DNA of 62,158 nucleotides, the filler included. It is 5 parts of 5 records of this genome, joined end to end, with 100 filler letters (N's around TTAATTAATTAA, not from the genome) between each part and the next. Parts side by side here need not be neighbours in the genome. Positions count along the whole stretch, not along the records: positions 30,340 to 44,620 come from DRR378314_680; 4 more parts are not named here. One strand, 5' to 3'. Below are positions 34,822-44,497 of the stretch, piece after piece (position 1 is the stretch's first letter; each line of letters begins with the position of its first letter). A program made the translations under genes and the position numbers. The notes under the pieces were generated by a model. That model had not been told where the DNA came from. It saw only the letters and a program-made list of their open reading frames with translations, and did no database searches.

Positions 34822-37451
34822 TGAGAGACGGCAACCCCGCGCCGGTCACCCGGATCACCGACTACCGCCCGCCGGCCTGGCTGGTGGACCACACCCGCCT
34901 GGACGTGGACCTGCGTGACGGCCACGCCACCGTCACCGCCGAGCTGACGGTGCGCCGCAACCCGGCCCTTGACGACCGCCCGGGCGAGCTGGTGCTGGAC
35001 GGCGAACATCTGGAGCTGCTTTCCCTGAGCGTGGACGACCGTCCGCTCGGCGAGCCGGACTACCGGCTCGAGGAAGGCCGGCTCACGGTGCCGGGCGTGC
35101 CGGAACAGTTCACCCTGACTTCCAAGGTGCGCATCCATCCGGAGAGCAACACCGCCCTGGAAGGGCTGTACCGTTCCAACGGCATGTACTGCACCCAGTG
35201 CGAAGCGGAGGGGTTCCGGCGCATCACCTTCTTCCCGGACCGGCCGGACGTGCTCAGCCGGTTCACCACCACCATCCACGCCGACCGGGCCGCCTACCCG
35301 CTGCTGCTCTCCAACGGCAACCCGGTGGACAGCGGTGACGAGGAGGGCGGGCGCCACTTCGCCACCTGGGACGACCCCTTCCCCAAGCCCTGCTACCTGT
35401 TCGCGCTGGTGGCCGGCGACCTGGCCTGCCTGGAAGACAGCTTCCGCACCGCTTCCGGCCGCAATGTGGCGCTGCGTCTGTACGCCGAGCACCGCGATCT
35501 GGACAAGCTGGGCCACGCCATGGATTCCCTCAAGCGCGCCATGGCCTGGGACGAGCAGGTGTTCGGCCGCGAGTACGACCTGGATATCTTCCAGGTGGTG
35601 GCGGTCAGCCACTTCAACATGGGTGCCATGGAAAACAAGGGCCTGAACATCTTCAACACCTCCTGCGTGCTGGCGCACCCGGCCACCACCACGGACGCCG
35701 GCTTCGAGCGGGTGGAATCGGTGGTCGCCCACGAGTACTTCCACAACTGGAGCGGCAACCGGGTGACCTGCCGGGACTGGTTCCAGCTCAGCCTCAAGGA
35801 AGGCTTCACGGTGTTCCGCGACCAGGAGTTCTCCTCGGACATGAACTCCCGCGCGGTGACCCGGGTGGAGAACGTGGATTTCCTGGTCAACCACCAGTTC
35901 CCGGAAGACCAGGGCCCCATGGCCCATCCGGTGCGGCCCTCGGAATACCAGAAGATCGACAACTTCTACACCCTCACCGTCTACGAGAAGGGCTCGGAAA
36001 TCGTGCGCATGCAGCACGAGCTGCTGGGCGCCGAGGATTTCCGCCGCGCCAGCGATCTCTACTTCGAGCGCTTCGACGGCCAGGCGGTGACCTGCGACGA
36101 CTTCGTCGCCTGCATGGAGGAGGTGTCCGGCCTGGACCTGAGCCAGTTCAAACGCTGGTACAGCCAGGCGGGCACACCGCTGGTGACCGCCTCCGACCGG
36201 TTCGCCGACGGTGAATACCAGCTCACGCTGCGCCAGGAAACGCCGCCCACCCCCGGGCAGAGCGACAAGCAGCCGCTGATGATTCCGGTCAAGCTGGCGC
36301 TGCTCGACGACCAGGGCCGCGCGCTGCCGCTGGACGACAGCGGCGCCACCGAAACCGTGGTGATCCTGCGTGACGGCGAGCAGACCTTCCGCTTCCCGGT
36401 GGCCACGGACCGCATCCCGACGCCGTCGCTGCTGCGCGGCTTCTCGGCGCCGGTGTCGCTGCGCTACCCGTTTAAAGAAGCCCAGCTGATCACGCTGCTG
36501 GCCCACGACAGCGACGGCTTCTGCCGCTGGGACGCGGCGCAGCGGCTCTATTTCGCCGCCCTGGCGCGGATCATCGACGACGGCGAGGACGCCGCCGCGC
36601 AGCTCGACCGGCTCACCCCGGTGCTGGAGCAGGTGATCCAGCGCGCTGATGAAGACCCGGCGCAGGCCGCGCTGCTGCTCACCCTGCCCACGGAAACCGC
36701 GGTCGGCGACCGGCACACCCCGCTGCGCCCGCAGGCCGTCCACGACGCCCTCAGCGCCCTGCGCGCCGGCCTCGGCGAGGCCCTGGCGGCGTCCTGGTGG
36801 CGTCTGGTGAAGGAACTGGCGGAACCGGAGTATCGCGCCAACGGCGAGGCCATGGGCAAACGCCGGCTGCGCCAGGTGGCGCTGGGGTACCTGTCCGCCG
36901 CCGCCGGCGCCGGCCGTGGCGACCGCGACAAACTGGTGGCGCAACTGCAGGGCATGCTGGACGCCCCCACCTGCATGACCGAGGAACTGGGCGCCCTGCG
37001 CGCCCTGGTGCACAACCAGCTGCCCGGCGCCGAGCCGGCGCTGGCGGCCTTCGCCCAACGCTGGCGCGACGAGGCCCTGGTGATGGATCAGTGGTTCGCG
37101 GTGCAGGCCACCGTGCCCGGCGCCGACACCGTGGCGCGGGCGGAGGGCCTGTTGGCCCACGACGCCTTCGAATGGACGCTGCCCAACCGGGTGCGCGCCG
37201 TGGTCGGCACCCTGGTCAACGGTAATCCGTCCGCGTTCCACGCGCCGGACGGCAGCGGCTATGCGTTCTTCGCCCGGGCGCTGAAAAAGCTCGACGGCAT
37301 CAACCCGCAGATCGCCGCGCGGCTGGCCAACGGCGCCGCCCGCCTGCAGCGCCTGGAGCCGGCCCTGGCCGAACAACTGAGCGCCGCCCTGCGCGAGCTG
37401 CGTCCCGCCGCCTCCGCCAACCTGGCCGAGGTCCTCGACCGCATCCTGTAA
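34821..37451 (+). CDS. pepN: Aminopeptidase N (M1 family)
   Basis: CTQCEAEGFRRIT, GAMENKGLN, HEYFHNW...LKEG zinc motif and LTVYEKG. The ATG overlaps the yeaC stop. Confidence 0.97.
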   Translation: MRDGNPAPVTRITDYRPPAWLVDHTRLDVDLRDGHATVTAELTVRRNPALDDRPGELVLDGEHLELLSLSVDDRPLGEPDYRLEEGRLTVPGVPEQFTLTSKVRIHPESNTALEGLYRSNGMYCTQCEAEGFRRITFFPDRPDVLSRFTTTIHADRAAYPLLLSNGNPVDSGDEEGGRHFATWDDPFPKPCYLFALVAGDLACLEDSFRTASGRNVALRLYAEHRDLDKLGHAMDSLKRAMAWDEQVFGREYDLDIFQVVAVSHFNMGAMENKGLNIFNTSCVLAHPATTTDAGFERVESVVAHEYFHNWSGNRVTCRDWFQLSLKEGFTVFRDQEFSSDMNSRAVTRVENVDFLVNHQFPEDQGPMAHPVRPSEYQKIDNFYTLTVYEKGSEIVRMQHELLGAEDFRRASDLYFERFDGQAVTCDDFVACMEEVSGLDLSQFKRWYSQAGTPLVTASDRFADGEYQLTLRQETPPTPGQSDKQPLMIPVKLALLDDQGRALPLDDSGATETVVILRDGEQTFRFPVATDRIPTPSLLRGFSAPVSLRYPFKEAQLITLLAHDSDGFCRWDAAQRLYFAALARIIDDGEDAAAQLDRLTPVLEQVIQRADEDPAQAALLLTLPTETAVGDRHTPLRPQAVHDALSALRAGLGEALAASWWRLVKELAEPEYRANGEAMGKRRLRQVALGYLSAAAGAGRGDRDKLVAQLQGMLDAPTCMTEELGALRALVHNQLPGAEPALAAFAQRWRDEALVMDQWFAVQATVPGADTVARAEGLLAHDAFEWTLPNRVRAVVGTLVNGNPSAFHAPDGSGYAFFARALKKLDGINPQIAARLANGAARLQRLEPALAEQLSAALRELRPAASANLAEVLDRIL

Positions 37452-37504
37452 CGTGGTCCCGGCTCCCGGTATAATCCGCGCCGCCAACCGAGGAGCCGCC
37501 GCCC

Positions 37505-38503
37505 ATGCTTTACCAGCTTGCCCGTCCCGCCCTGTTCGCCCTGTCCGGGGAGCAGGCCCACGACCTGACCCTCGCCGCGCTGCGCCGGGGCGCCGGCAGG
37601 CTCTATCCGGCGCGGGTGCCGGCGCGGCCGGTGCGGGTGATGGGGCTGGATTTCCCCAACCCGGTGGGGTTGGCGGCGGGCCTGGACAAAAACGGCGACT
37701 GCATCGACGGCCTGGCGGCGCTGGGCTTCGGCTGCATCGAGGTGGGCACCGTCACCCCGCGTCCGCAGCCGGGCAACCCCAAGCCGCGCCTGTTCCGGCT
37801 GCCGCCGGCCGGGGCGCTGATCAACCGCATGGGGTTCAACAATCACGGCGTCGACGCCCTGGTGAACAACGTGCGCGCGGCCCGCTTCCAGGGCGTGCTG
37901 GGCATCAATATCGGCAAGAACAAGGACACCCCGGCGGAGCAGGCGGTGGACGATTATCGAATCTGCCAGGACAAGGTGCACGGCCTGGCCGGCTACCTGG
38001 TGGTCAACGTCTCCTCGCCGAACACCCCCGGCCTGCGCGACTTGCAGCACGGCGACGCCCTGAACCGCCTGCTGGGCACCCTGCGCGAGGCGCAGACCCG
38101 CCTGGATCAACAGCGCGGCGTGACCGTGCCGCTGGTGATCAAGATCGCGCCGGACAACAGCGAAGAGGAACTGGCGGCCATGGCGGAGGCGTTCGTGCGC
38201 CACGGCATCGACGGCGTCTGCGTGGGCAACACCACCCTGGAACGGCCCGGCGTGGCGCACCTGCGCCACGGCGACGAGCAGGGCGGCCTGAGCGGCGCGC
38301 CCCTGAAGCCGATCGCCGACCGGGCCCTGGCCACCATGGCCAAGGCCCTGGACGGCCGTATCCCGATCATCGGCGTGGGCGGCATCAGCGGGGCCGGCGA
38401 CGCCCTCGATAAGCGGCGTCTGGGCGCCTCGCTGGTGCAGGTCTATTCGGGCCTCATTTACCAGGGCCCCGGGCTGGTCGGGGACATTGTCCGCGCCTGG
38501 TAG
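37505..38503 (+). CDS. pyrD: Quinone-dependent dihydroorotate dehydrogenase (class 2)
   Basis: NPVGLAAGLDKNG, GTVTPRPQPGNPKPRLFRL, INRMGFNN, NVSSPNTPGLR, KIAPD and GGLSG motifs. Confidence 0.97.
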   Translation: MLYQLARPALFALSGEQAHDLTLAALRRGAGRLYPARVPARPVRVMGLDFPNPVGLAAGLDKNGDCIDGLAALGFGCIEVGTVTPRPQPGNPKPRLFRLPPAGALINRMGFNNHGVDALVNNVRAARFQGVLGINIGKNKDTPAEQAVDDYRICQDKVHGLAGYLVVNVSSPNTPGLRDLQHGDALNRLLGTLREAQTRLDQQRGVTVPLVIKIAPDNSEEELAAMAEAFVRHGIDGVCVGNTTLERPGVAHLRHGDEQGGLSGAPLKPIADRALATMAKALDGRIPIIGVGGISGAGDALDKRRLGASLVQVYSGLIYQGPGLVGDIVRAW

Positions 38504-38518
38504 GTTTTTAAAGGCCGC

Positions 38519-38545
38519 AAAAGAAAAGGGCCCGGGAGGGGCCCT
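38519..38545 (-). terminator. Rho-independent terminator for rmf
   Basis: On the minus strand: AGGGCCC-CTCCC-GGGCCCT followed by TTTCTTTT. Confidence 0.75.
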
Positions 38546-38621
38546 GTGGGGTCGACGCGCGAAGCGCCGGCGCTGATCGAAAACAGGTTTTTTACAATGT
38601 CCTCTTAACGCGAAATAAAGA

Positions 38622-38828
38622 TTAGGTGACGTCTTTCAAATTCTGGATGCCGGCCACGCCGACCATGCCTTGTACCTGATTCGTGCGGCCCTCGCGCCAA
38701 CCGCTCATCCAGTGGGTGCGGGCCTGCAATGCGCCGAAGGGGCAAAAGTCCCTGGGCCTGCCTTGAAATCCGGCCAGGTACCCCCGGCTGTAAGCTCTTT
38801 CATCACGACTGCGTTTCTGTCTTTTCAT
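38622..38828 (-). CDS. rmf: Ribosome modulation factor
   Basis: MKRQKRSRDERAYSRGYLAGFQGRPRDFCPF...WMSGWREG; AGAGGA RBS; Pseudomonas-type C-terminal extension. The true start is 38828, not the longer ORF-track start. Confidence 0.93.
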   Translation of the reverse strand: MKRQKRSRDERAYSRGYLAGFQGRPRDFCPFGALQARTHWMSGWREGRTNQVQGMVGVAGIQNLKDVT

Positions 38829-39084
38829 AGACACGATCCTCTTGGCTTGTACGCCTGTTGGCTTATTCGCAGTGCCGCTTTGCCGATTGCGGCGACGGTC
38901 AGTAAGCTGCGGCCCCCCGGTCACCTTTTCGAAGGGCCACGCTTTGAGTATGTGAAAGGGGGAAGAGGGTGTCGAATAACATGTCGCCATAATGGTGGCG
39001 CCGTTTAAGCGTGTGACGAATAATGGTCCAACCGATGAATTTTTCATTTCCGTCTTTAAAACAGGCACTTGCAGGGCAAAACCC

Positions 39085-41199
39085 ATGGATTTCGTAATTA
39101 CCTGTCTGCCCGGCCTGGGCCCCTTGCTCGCCGACGAGCTCACCGAATTGGGCATCTCGGTAACAGATCCGGGTAACGCCCATGTGGGGATTCAGGGTCT
39201 GCAGCAGGACGCCCTGCGGGCCTGCCTGTGGTCGCGCCTGGCGGAGCGGGTGCTGGTACCGCTGGCGGAACTGGATGTGACCCCGGACCAGGCGCCGGAG
39301 CGGCTGGCGGCGGCGGTGGACTGGCGCGCCCTGGTGCCGCCCGGCGTGGACCTGCATTTGAGCCTGGACCACGGCAAGGGCGTGCGCGGCGACAGCCGGG
39401 TCAGCGGTAAGCGGCTGCTGCGCGCCTTGCCGTCGGAGATCGGCCAGGCCCGGCGCGAGGAGGGCGCCTGCGCGGTGCGCGCCCGGCTGGACGAAAACAG
39501 CGCCCGCCTGTGGCTGGACCTGGCCGGCACGCCGCTGCACCGGCGCGGTTACCGGCTGGCCGGCGGCCGGGCGCCGCTGCGCGAGAATCTGGCGGCGGCG
39601 CTGCTGCGCGCCGGCGGCTGGCACCGCGAGGACCGGCCGGCGGCGTTGCTGGACCCGTTCTGCGGCAGCGGCACTCTGGTGATCGAGGCGGCCTGGATGG
39701 CCGCCGGCGTGGCGCCCGGCGCGCTGCGCCGCGAGTACGGCTTCCAGGCCTGGCGCGGCTGCCGCAAGCCGCTCTGGGAAGAGGCCCTGCGCGAAGCCGC
39801 CGCCAGCCTGGAGGGCGGGCTCAAGGGTCTGCCGTCGCTGAAGGGCTTCGACGCCGACCCGGACACCATTCAGTACGCGCTGCACAACGCCGAGCGCGCC
39901 GGGGTGCGCCGGCTGGTGCATTTCGAGCGGCGCGAGTTGGGCGCCCTGCGCGGCCGCGATTTCGCCGACCAGGGGCTGCTGGCCACCAACCCGCCCTGGG
40001 GCGAACGGCTGGACGAGCAGACCAGCGCCGCCTGGCTGTATGCCGGCCTGGGCCGCATCCTCGGCGAGAAGGCGCCGGCCTGGACCGCGGTGATGCTGGG
40101 CGCGGACGTGGCCGCTCTGGACCGCTCCGGCATGGATATGACCCAGCAGTGGAAGGTGCGCAACGGCGCGTTGAACAATTTCATCCGCGTCAGCCGGCCG
40201 CGCCCGCCGGCGCCGCAGCCGCCGCTGCGGGTCGGCGACGCGCCCGGCTTTGAGCTGCCGGAACCCGCCATGCCGCTGTTCAACCGCCTGCGCAAGAACG
40301 GCAAGCACCTGCGCCGCTGGCTGGAGCGCGAGGACATTCAGGCCTACCGCCTCTACGACCGGGACCTGCCGGAGTTCAACGTGGCGGTGGACGTGTACGG
40401 CGATCAGGCGCTGGTGCAGGAGTTCAAGGCGCCCAAGACCGTCGACGAGGACAAGGCGAAACAGCGCCGCCAATGGGCGGTGAGCGCGGTGCGCGCGGCC
40501 CTGGGCGTGCACCGCGAGCAGGTGCACCTGCGCACCCGCGAGCGGCAGAAGGGCAACCGCCAGTATCAGAAACTGGACGGCCAGGGCCAGTACCGGGTGG
40601 TCCGCGAGGGTCAGGCGCGCCTGCTGGTGAATCTGAACGACTATCTGGACACCGGCCTGTTCCTGGACCATAGGCCGTTGCGCCTGCGGCTCGCCGAGGA
40701 GTGCGCCGGCAAGCGCTTCCTCAACCTGTTCGCCTACACCGGCGCGGCCAGCGTGCAGGCGCTGGTGGGCGGCGCCCGCCGCGCGGTGACGGTGGACGCC
40801 TCGCGGCGCTACCTGGACTGGGCCGCCTGCAACCTGGCGGTGAACGGCTTCTCCAGCGAGGCCCACCCGCTGGTGCGCGCCGATGCCATGGCCTGGCTGG
40901 AGGACTGCCAGGAGCAGTTCGACGTGGTGTTCTGCGATCCGCCCACCTTCTCCAACAACAAGTCGCGCCAGGACTTCGTGGTCCAGGAGCACCACGGCGA
41001 GCTGATCCGGCGCATCATGAAGCGCCTGGAGCCCGGCGGCGTGCTCTACTTTTCCTGCAACTTCCGCCGCTTCGAGCTGGAGGAGAGCATCGCCCGCTGG
41101 TATCAGGTGGAGGACCTGACCGCCTGGAGCCTGCCGGAGGACTTCCGCCGCAACAGCGCCATCCACCACTGCTACGCGATCCGACACGGAACCCTTTGA
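39085..41199 (+). CDS. rlmKL: Bifunctional 23S rRNA m2G2445/m7G2069 methyltransferase
   Basis: LHRRGYR..GRAPLRENLAAA, DPFCGSGT, NPPWGER, NRLRKN, YRLYDRDLPE, DYLDTGLFLDHR, FLNLFAYTG and DPPTFSN motifs. Likely ATG at 39085. Confidence 0.96.
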   Translation: MDFVITCLPGLGPLLADELTELGISVTDPGNAHVGIQGLQQDALRACLWSRLAERVLVPLAELDVTPDQAPERLAAAVDWRALVPPGVDLHLSLDHGKGVRGDSRVSGKRLLRALPSEIGQARREEGACAVRARLDENSARLWLDLAGTPLHRRGYRLAGGRAPLRENLAAALLRAGGWHREDRPAALLDPFCGSGTLVIEAAWMAAGVAPGALRREYGFQAWRGCRKPLWEEALREAAASLEGGLKGLPSLKGFDADPDTIQYALHNAERAGVRRLVHFERRELGALRGRDFADQGLLATNPPWGERLDEQTSAAWLYAGLGRILGEKAPAWTAVMLGADVAALDRSGMDMTQQWKVRNGALNNFIRVSRPRPPAPQPPLRVGDAPGFELPEPAMPLFNRLRKNGKHLRRWLEREDIQAYRLYDRDLPEFNVAVDVYGDQALVQEFKAPKTVDEDKAKQRRQWAVSAVRAALGVHREQVHLRTRERQKGNRQYQKLDGQGQYRVVREGQARLLVNLNDYLDTGLFLDHRPLRLRLAEECAGKRFLNLFAYTGAASVQALVGGARRAVTVDASRRYLDWAACNLAVNGFSSEAHPLVRADAMAWLEDCQEQFDVVFCDPPTFSNNKSRQDFVVQEHHGELIRRIMKRLEPGGVLYFSCNFRRFELEESIARWYQVEDLTAWSLPEDFRRNSAIHHCYAIRHGTL

Positions 41200-41423
41200 T
41201 GACTGTCGTGCTATACACCACCCTGGGCTGCCACCTGTGCGACCAGGCCCGCGACCTGCTGCTCACCGTGAACCCGCAAATCGATATTCACGCGGTGGAT
41301 ATCGCCGAGGACGATACCCTTATCGCGGAGTACGGCGAGCGTATCCCGGTGCTGCGCCACGGCGACCGCGAGCTCGCCTGGCCGTTCGGGTTGCTCGACA
41401 TTCAGGCGCTGCTTTCGGAGTAA
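41199..41423 (+). CDS. Glutaredoxin-like protein (DUF836 type)
   Basis: MTVVLYTTLGCHLCDQA...VDIAEDD...YGERIPVL...LAWPF; start overlaps the rlmKL stop (TGATG). Confidence 0.88.
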   Translation: MTVVLYTTLGCHLCDQARDLLLTVNPQIDIHAVDIAEDDTLIAEYGERIPVLRHGDRELAWPFGLLDIQALLSE

Positions 41424-41425
41424 AG

Positions 41426-41734
41426 ATGGAAAAGATTACCGTTAAGAAACTCAACGGACGGCACGTGGAAAAGGTGCTGCTGCGGTCGGTGACGCTGTCG
41501 ATCTGCATCGTGCAGGTGGAGATCGACGGCGTGAGCTACCACGTGGTGGACGAGAAAGGCCAGATCGTGCGCTTTAACGGCGCCGAGCACGCCAACAACG
41601 TGCTCGGCAAGATGACCACCGACAAGGCGGTGCTGGTGCACAACTCGCCCTACGCGGAAATGGCCGGCCAGCCCGAAGACGGCCCGCAACCGCCGCTGGA
41701 AGTCGACTTCAACTGGCGCGCGGAGAAAGCCTGA
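41426..41734 (+). CDS. Hypothetical protein, DUF6482-like
   Basis: 102 aa with GGAG RBS. The C-terminal LVHNSPYAEMAG resembles the L-H-S-Y-EM-G motif of this gammaproteobacterial family. Confidence 0.7.
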   Translation: MEKITVKKLNGRHVEKVLLRSVTLSICIVQVEIDGVSYHVVDEKGQIVRFNGAEHANNVLGKMTTDKAVLVHNSPYAEMAGQPEDGPQPPLEVDFNWRAEKA

Positions 41735-42545
41735 GAAAAGCGCGGGTATTGGCAAAGGTGCGCTCTGCCAGATCCGCCTCACTCTCGCCACGCAACGCCG
41801 CGATCCGCCGCCCGATCCAGGGCAGATAGCAGGGCTCGTTGCGGCGCTTGCGCGGTGGCTTCTCCGGCAGATCCCGGGGCAGCAGATAGGGCGCGTCGGT
41901 TTCCAGCAGCAGGCGGTCGCCGGGAATCTCCGGCACCAGCTCCGCCAGGGCGCCACCGCGCCGCTCATCGCACACCCAGCCGGTGATGCCGATGTGGCAA
42001 TCCAGATCCAGGTAGTCGAACAGGGCCTCGCGCTGATCGGTGAAGCAGTGCACCACGGCGGCGGGCAGCTTGTGCCGCCAGGCTTTCAGAATCGGCAGGA
42101 AACGGTGGTGGGCGTCGCGCTGATGCAGGAACACCGGCTTGCCGGCCTCGGCGGCCAGCGCCAGCTGTGCCTCGAAGGCGCTTTCCTGGTCGTCCCGGGG
42201 CGAGAAGTCGCGGTTGAAGTCCAGGCCCATCTCCCCGGCCGCCGCCACCTCGGGGTGCGCCAGCAGCCCGGCCAGCGCGTGGCCGGCCTCGGCGTCGAAA
42301 AAGCGGGCGTTGTGCGGGTGAATGCCGGCGGTGGCGAACAGGGCCGGGCCGGCGTCGGCCCATTGCCGGCACAGCGCCACGGCGGCTTCCGACTCCGGCA
42401 CACTGGTGCCGGTGAGCAACATCAGGGCCACGCCGCTGTCGGCGGCGCGGGCCAGCACCTGTTCACTGTCCTCGGCGAACTGCTTGTCGCCAAGATTGAC
42501 GCCGATGTCCGCCCAGCGCGGGCCGTGCTCCGGCATGCCGCTCAT
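41709..42545 (-). CDS. tatD: TatD family nuclease (E. coli TatD type)
   Basis: DIGVNL, TAGIHPH, GEMGLDFNRDFS, PVFLHQRDAH, VVHCFT, GITGWVCDERRG, LLETDAPYLLPR and RNEP motifs. Confidence 0.95.
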   Translation of the reverse strand: MSGMPEHGPRWADIGVNLGDKQFAEDSEQVLARAADSGVALMLLTGTSVPESEAAVALCRQWADAGPALFATAGIHPHNARFFDAEAGHALAGLLAHPEVAAAGEMGLDFNRDFSPRDDQESAFEAQLALAAEAGKPVFLHQRDAHHRFLPILKAWRHKLPAAVVHCFTDQREALFDYLDLDCHIGITGWVCDERRGGALAELVPEIPGDRLLLETDAPYLLPRDLPEKPPRKRRNEPCYLPWIGRRIAALRGESEADLAERTFANTRAFLRLSPRAS

Positions 42546-43054
42546 CCGTGGCTGGGCTGGGGTTGTCCAAGGCGCGCGTTGAGGCGCTCGCGCAGGTCTT
42601 CCACCCGGCGCCGGTTGGCGCCCAGGTCCCAGTAACCGATGCGCGAGGCGGAGCGCACGTCGATCAGACCGTCGTCGTGCACGTACAGGGTCACATCATC
42701 AACGAACCGCAGAATCCGGCTGGTGAAGCGGGCCTGAATGCGGGCCGGACCGATCCGCTCGTAGGCCACCCGGGGCAGGGTGTCGAGCACCTCTTCCAGC
42801 ATCGCCAGGCTGTCGGCGCGGTTGCCGGCGCCGGGCAGCGGCGCCACCCGGTGACGTTCGTCCTCGGCAAGGCTCGACACGCAATTCGGCGCGGACGGGC
42901 AGGGGGCAAGCAAACGGGTGTCCGACATACGGTTCTGTCTCTCACTACTCTCGTTACTGGCGTCGTCGCCGGCGCCGGCGTTGCCCTGGCAGGCGGCCAG
43001 AGCGATGCCCAGCAACAGGGTTGCCAAAAGGCGGTTAACGGTGTCAATGCGCAT
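42542..43054 (-). CDS. DUF1499 family protein, probable lipoprotein
   Basis: LAPCPSAPNCVSS, FTSRILRFVDDV and VRSASRIGYWDLGANRRRVE motifs; signal peptide with LAAC lipobox. The start is 43054 (ATG) or 43063 (GTG). Confidence 0.88.
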   Translation of the reverse strand: MRIDTVNRLLATLLLGIALAACQGNAGAGDDASNESSERQNRMSDTRLLAPCPSAPNCVSSLAEDERHRVAPLPGAGNRADSLAMLEEVLDTLPRVAYERIGPARIQARFTSRILRFVDDVTLYVHDDGLIDVRSASRIGYWDLGANRRRVEDLRERLNARLGQPQPSHG

Positions 43055-43658
43055 TGGGATCACGGATCAGACCCACGAAAATACCCTCGATCATCAGCTC
43101 GTCGGCGGCCACGCGGATCGGCGCGTAGGCGTCGTTGGCCGGCAGCAGCGTGGCGCTGGAACGATTTAGTTTAAGGGTTTTCACCGTGACTTCATCGTCA
43201 ATGCGCGCCACCACGATCTCGCCGGACCGGGCGGTCTGGCTTTTGCGAACCGCGATCAGGTCACCGTCGAAAATGCCGGCTTCGATCATGCTATCGCCCT
43301 GGACCTTGAGAAGATAGGTGGGGCGCTGGCGAAACAGCCCCTGGGGCACCGGCACGGTGCGCTCCACGTTTTCGATCGCCTCGATCGGCGTACCGGCGGC
43401 GACCTTGCCCACCACCGGCACCTCATCGCCCATCTCCAGGGCCAGATCGAGAAGCTGGATGCCCCGCGAGCGGTCGCCGTGCAGGCGGATGTAGCCCTTG
43501 CGCTCCAGGGCGCGCAGGTGGTCGGACGCGGCGTTCTTCGATTGAAAGCCCATGCGTTCGGCGATTTCAGCCCGGGTCGGGGCCATGCCGGTCTCCATCT
43601 GGGACGCACGAATGCAATCGAGAACCTGCTGTTGGCGTGCGGTTAATGCGATGCTCAT
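43044..43658 (-). CDS. lexA: SOS repressor LexA
   Basis: LTARQQQVL..PTRAEIA..GFQSKNAASDHL..LERKGYI wHTH; VAAG cleavage site; catalytic GDSM (Ser) and VTVK (Lys). GGAGG RBS before the ATG at 43658. Confidence 0.96.
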   Translation of the reverse strand: MSIALTARQQQVLDCIRASQMETGMAPTRAEIAERMGFQSKNAASDHLRALERKGYIRLHGDRSRGIQLLDLALEMGDEVPVVGKVAAGTPIEAIENVERTVPVPQGLFRQRPTYLLKVQGDSMIEAGIFDGDLIAVRKSQTARSGEIVVARIDDEVTVKTLKLNRSSATLLPANDAYAPIRVAADELMIEGIFVGLIRDPNAH

Positions 43659-43691
43659 GTCGGCCTCCTCGGGCACGGTTCCGCTGTTACG

Positions 43692-43715
43692 TACACTGAT
43701 AATACGGACAGTGTA
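43692..43715. promoter_or_regulatory. SOS box (LexA operator)
   Basis: CTG-ATAATACGGA-CAG (43696-43711) fits the gammaproteobacterial CTG-N10-CAG box, with extended palindromic flanks TACACTG...CAGTGTA, just upstream of lexA. Confidence 0.85.
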
Positions 43716-43828
43716 ATATGTCCAGTGGTTTTTTGCACCGTGCGAGTGAATACGGCCTGTTCGGCGGTGGCAATCCGGGAAACGTTCGGGCTAGGATGAG
43801 GCCGCCATACACGGGGAAGAGGGGAGAC

Positions 43829-44488
43829 ATGAAGCACGCCCAATGGCAGGAATCGGATCACGCGCGGGTGGAGGCACTGCTTTCCGGCGTGCCGTTTTTC
43901 AATGAGGTGGCGCGTGACGACGCGGACCAGCGGGCGCTGCTTCTGGCGCGCACGGAAATCATCGAGGCCGGCCCCGGCGACCGGGTGATCCGCGCCGGGG
44001 AAGTGGAATCGTCACTGTACTTTCTGCTGCGCGGCCAGCTGGTGGTGCAGGGCGAGAGCGCCGACGGCGCACCCTCGGCGGTGCTGTATTACGTGTCCCC
44101 GGGCGAGGTGTTCGGGACGCTGTCCATGCTGCTGGGCACCGCCCGCAGCGCCACCATCCGCGTGGCGGACGCCGCCCGCGAGGCGGTGATGGCGAAGCTG
44201 GAATTCACCGATTTCGACCGCCCCGACTCGCCCTACACGCTGGCCACCCGGCTGGCGTTCTTCCATATGCTGGTGCATCAGATCCGCTGGGCGGTGGAAG
44301 TGCAGCGGATGCAGGCGCCGGACCAGGAGCTGGTGGCGGCGCTGCGCAAGGTGCCGATCTTCACCGGCCCCCGGGACAGCGACGAAGAGCTGGCCGCGCT
44401 CAAAACGCAAGCCCGCGAACTCGCCGGGCTGCTTTACAGGTGGAACACTAAGCCGCCCAGCGCCACTGGTAACGCCCAACTCACCTAA
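43829..44488 (+). CDS. Cyclic-nucleotide-binding domain protein without an obvious HTH
   Basis: PGDRVIRAGE..LYFLLRGQL..PGEVFGTLSMLLGTARSATIRV; AGGGGAG RBS before the ATG at 43829. Confidence 0.85.
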   Translation: MKHAQWQESDHARVEALLSGVPFFNEVARDDADQRALLLARTEIIEAGPGDRVIRAGEVESSLYFLLRGQLVVQGESADGAPSAVLYYVSPGEVFGTLSMLLGTARSATIRVADAAREAVMAKLEFTDFDRPDSPYTLATRLAFFHMLVHQIRWAVEVQRMQAPDQELVAALRKVPIFTGPRDSDEELAALKTQARELAGLLYRWNTKPPSATGNAQLT

Positions 44489-44497
44489 TGGCACCCT

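Noticed and set aside
34743..41187. Long antisense ORFs (914 aa and 762 aa) opposite pepN and rlmKL
   Set aside because: Typical shadow ORFs of high-GC codon usage, with no motifs.
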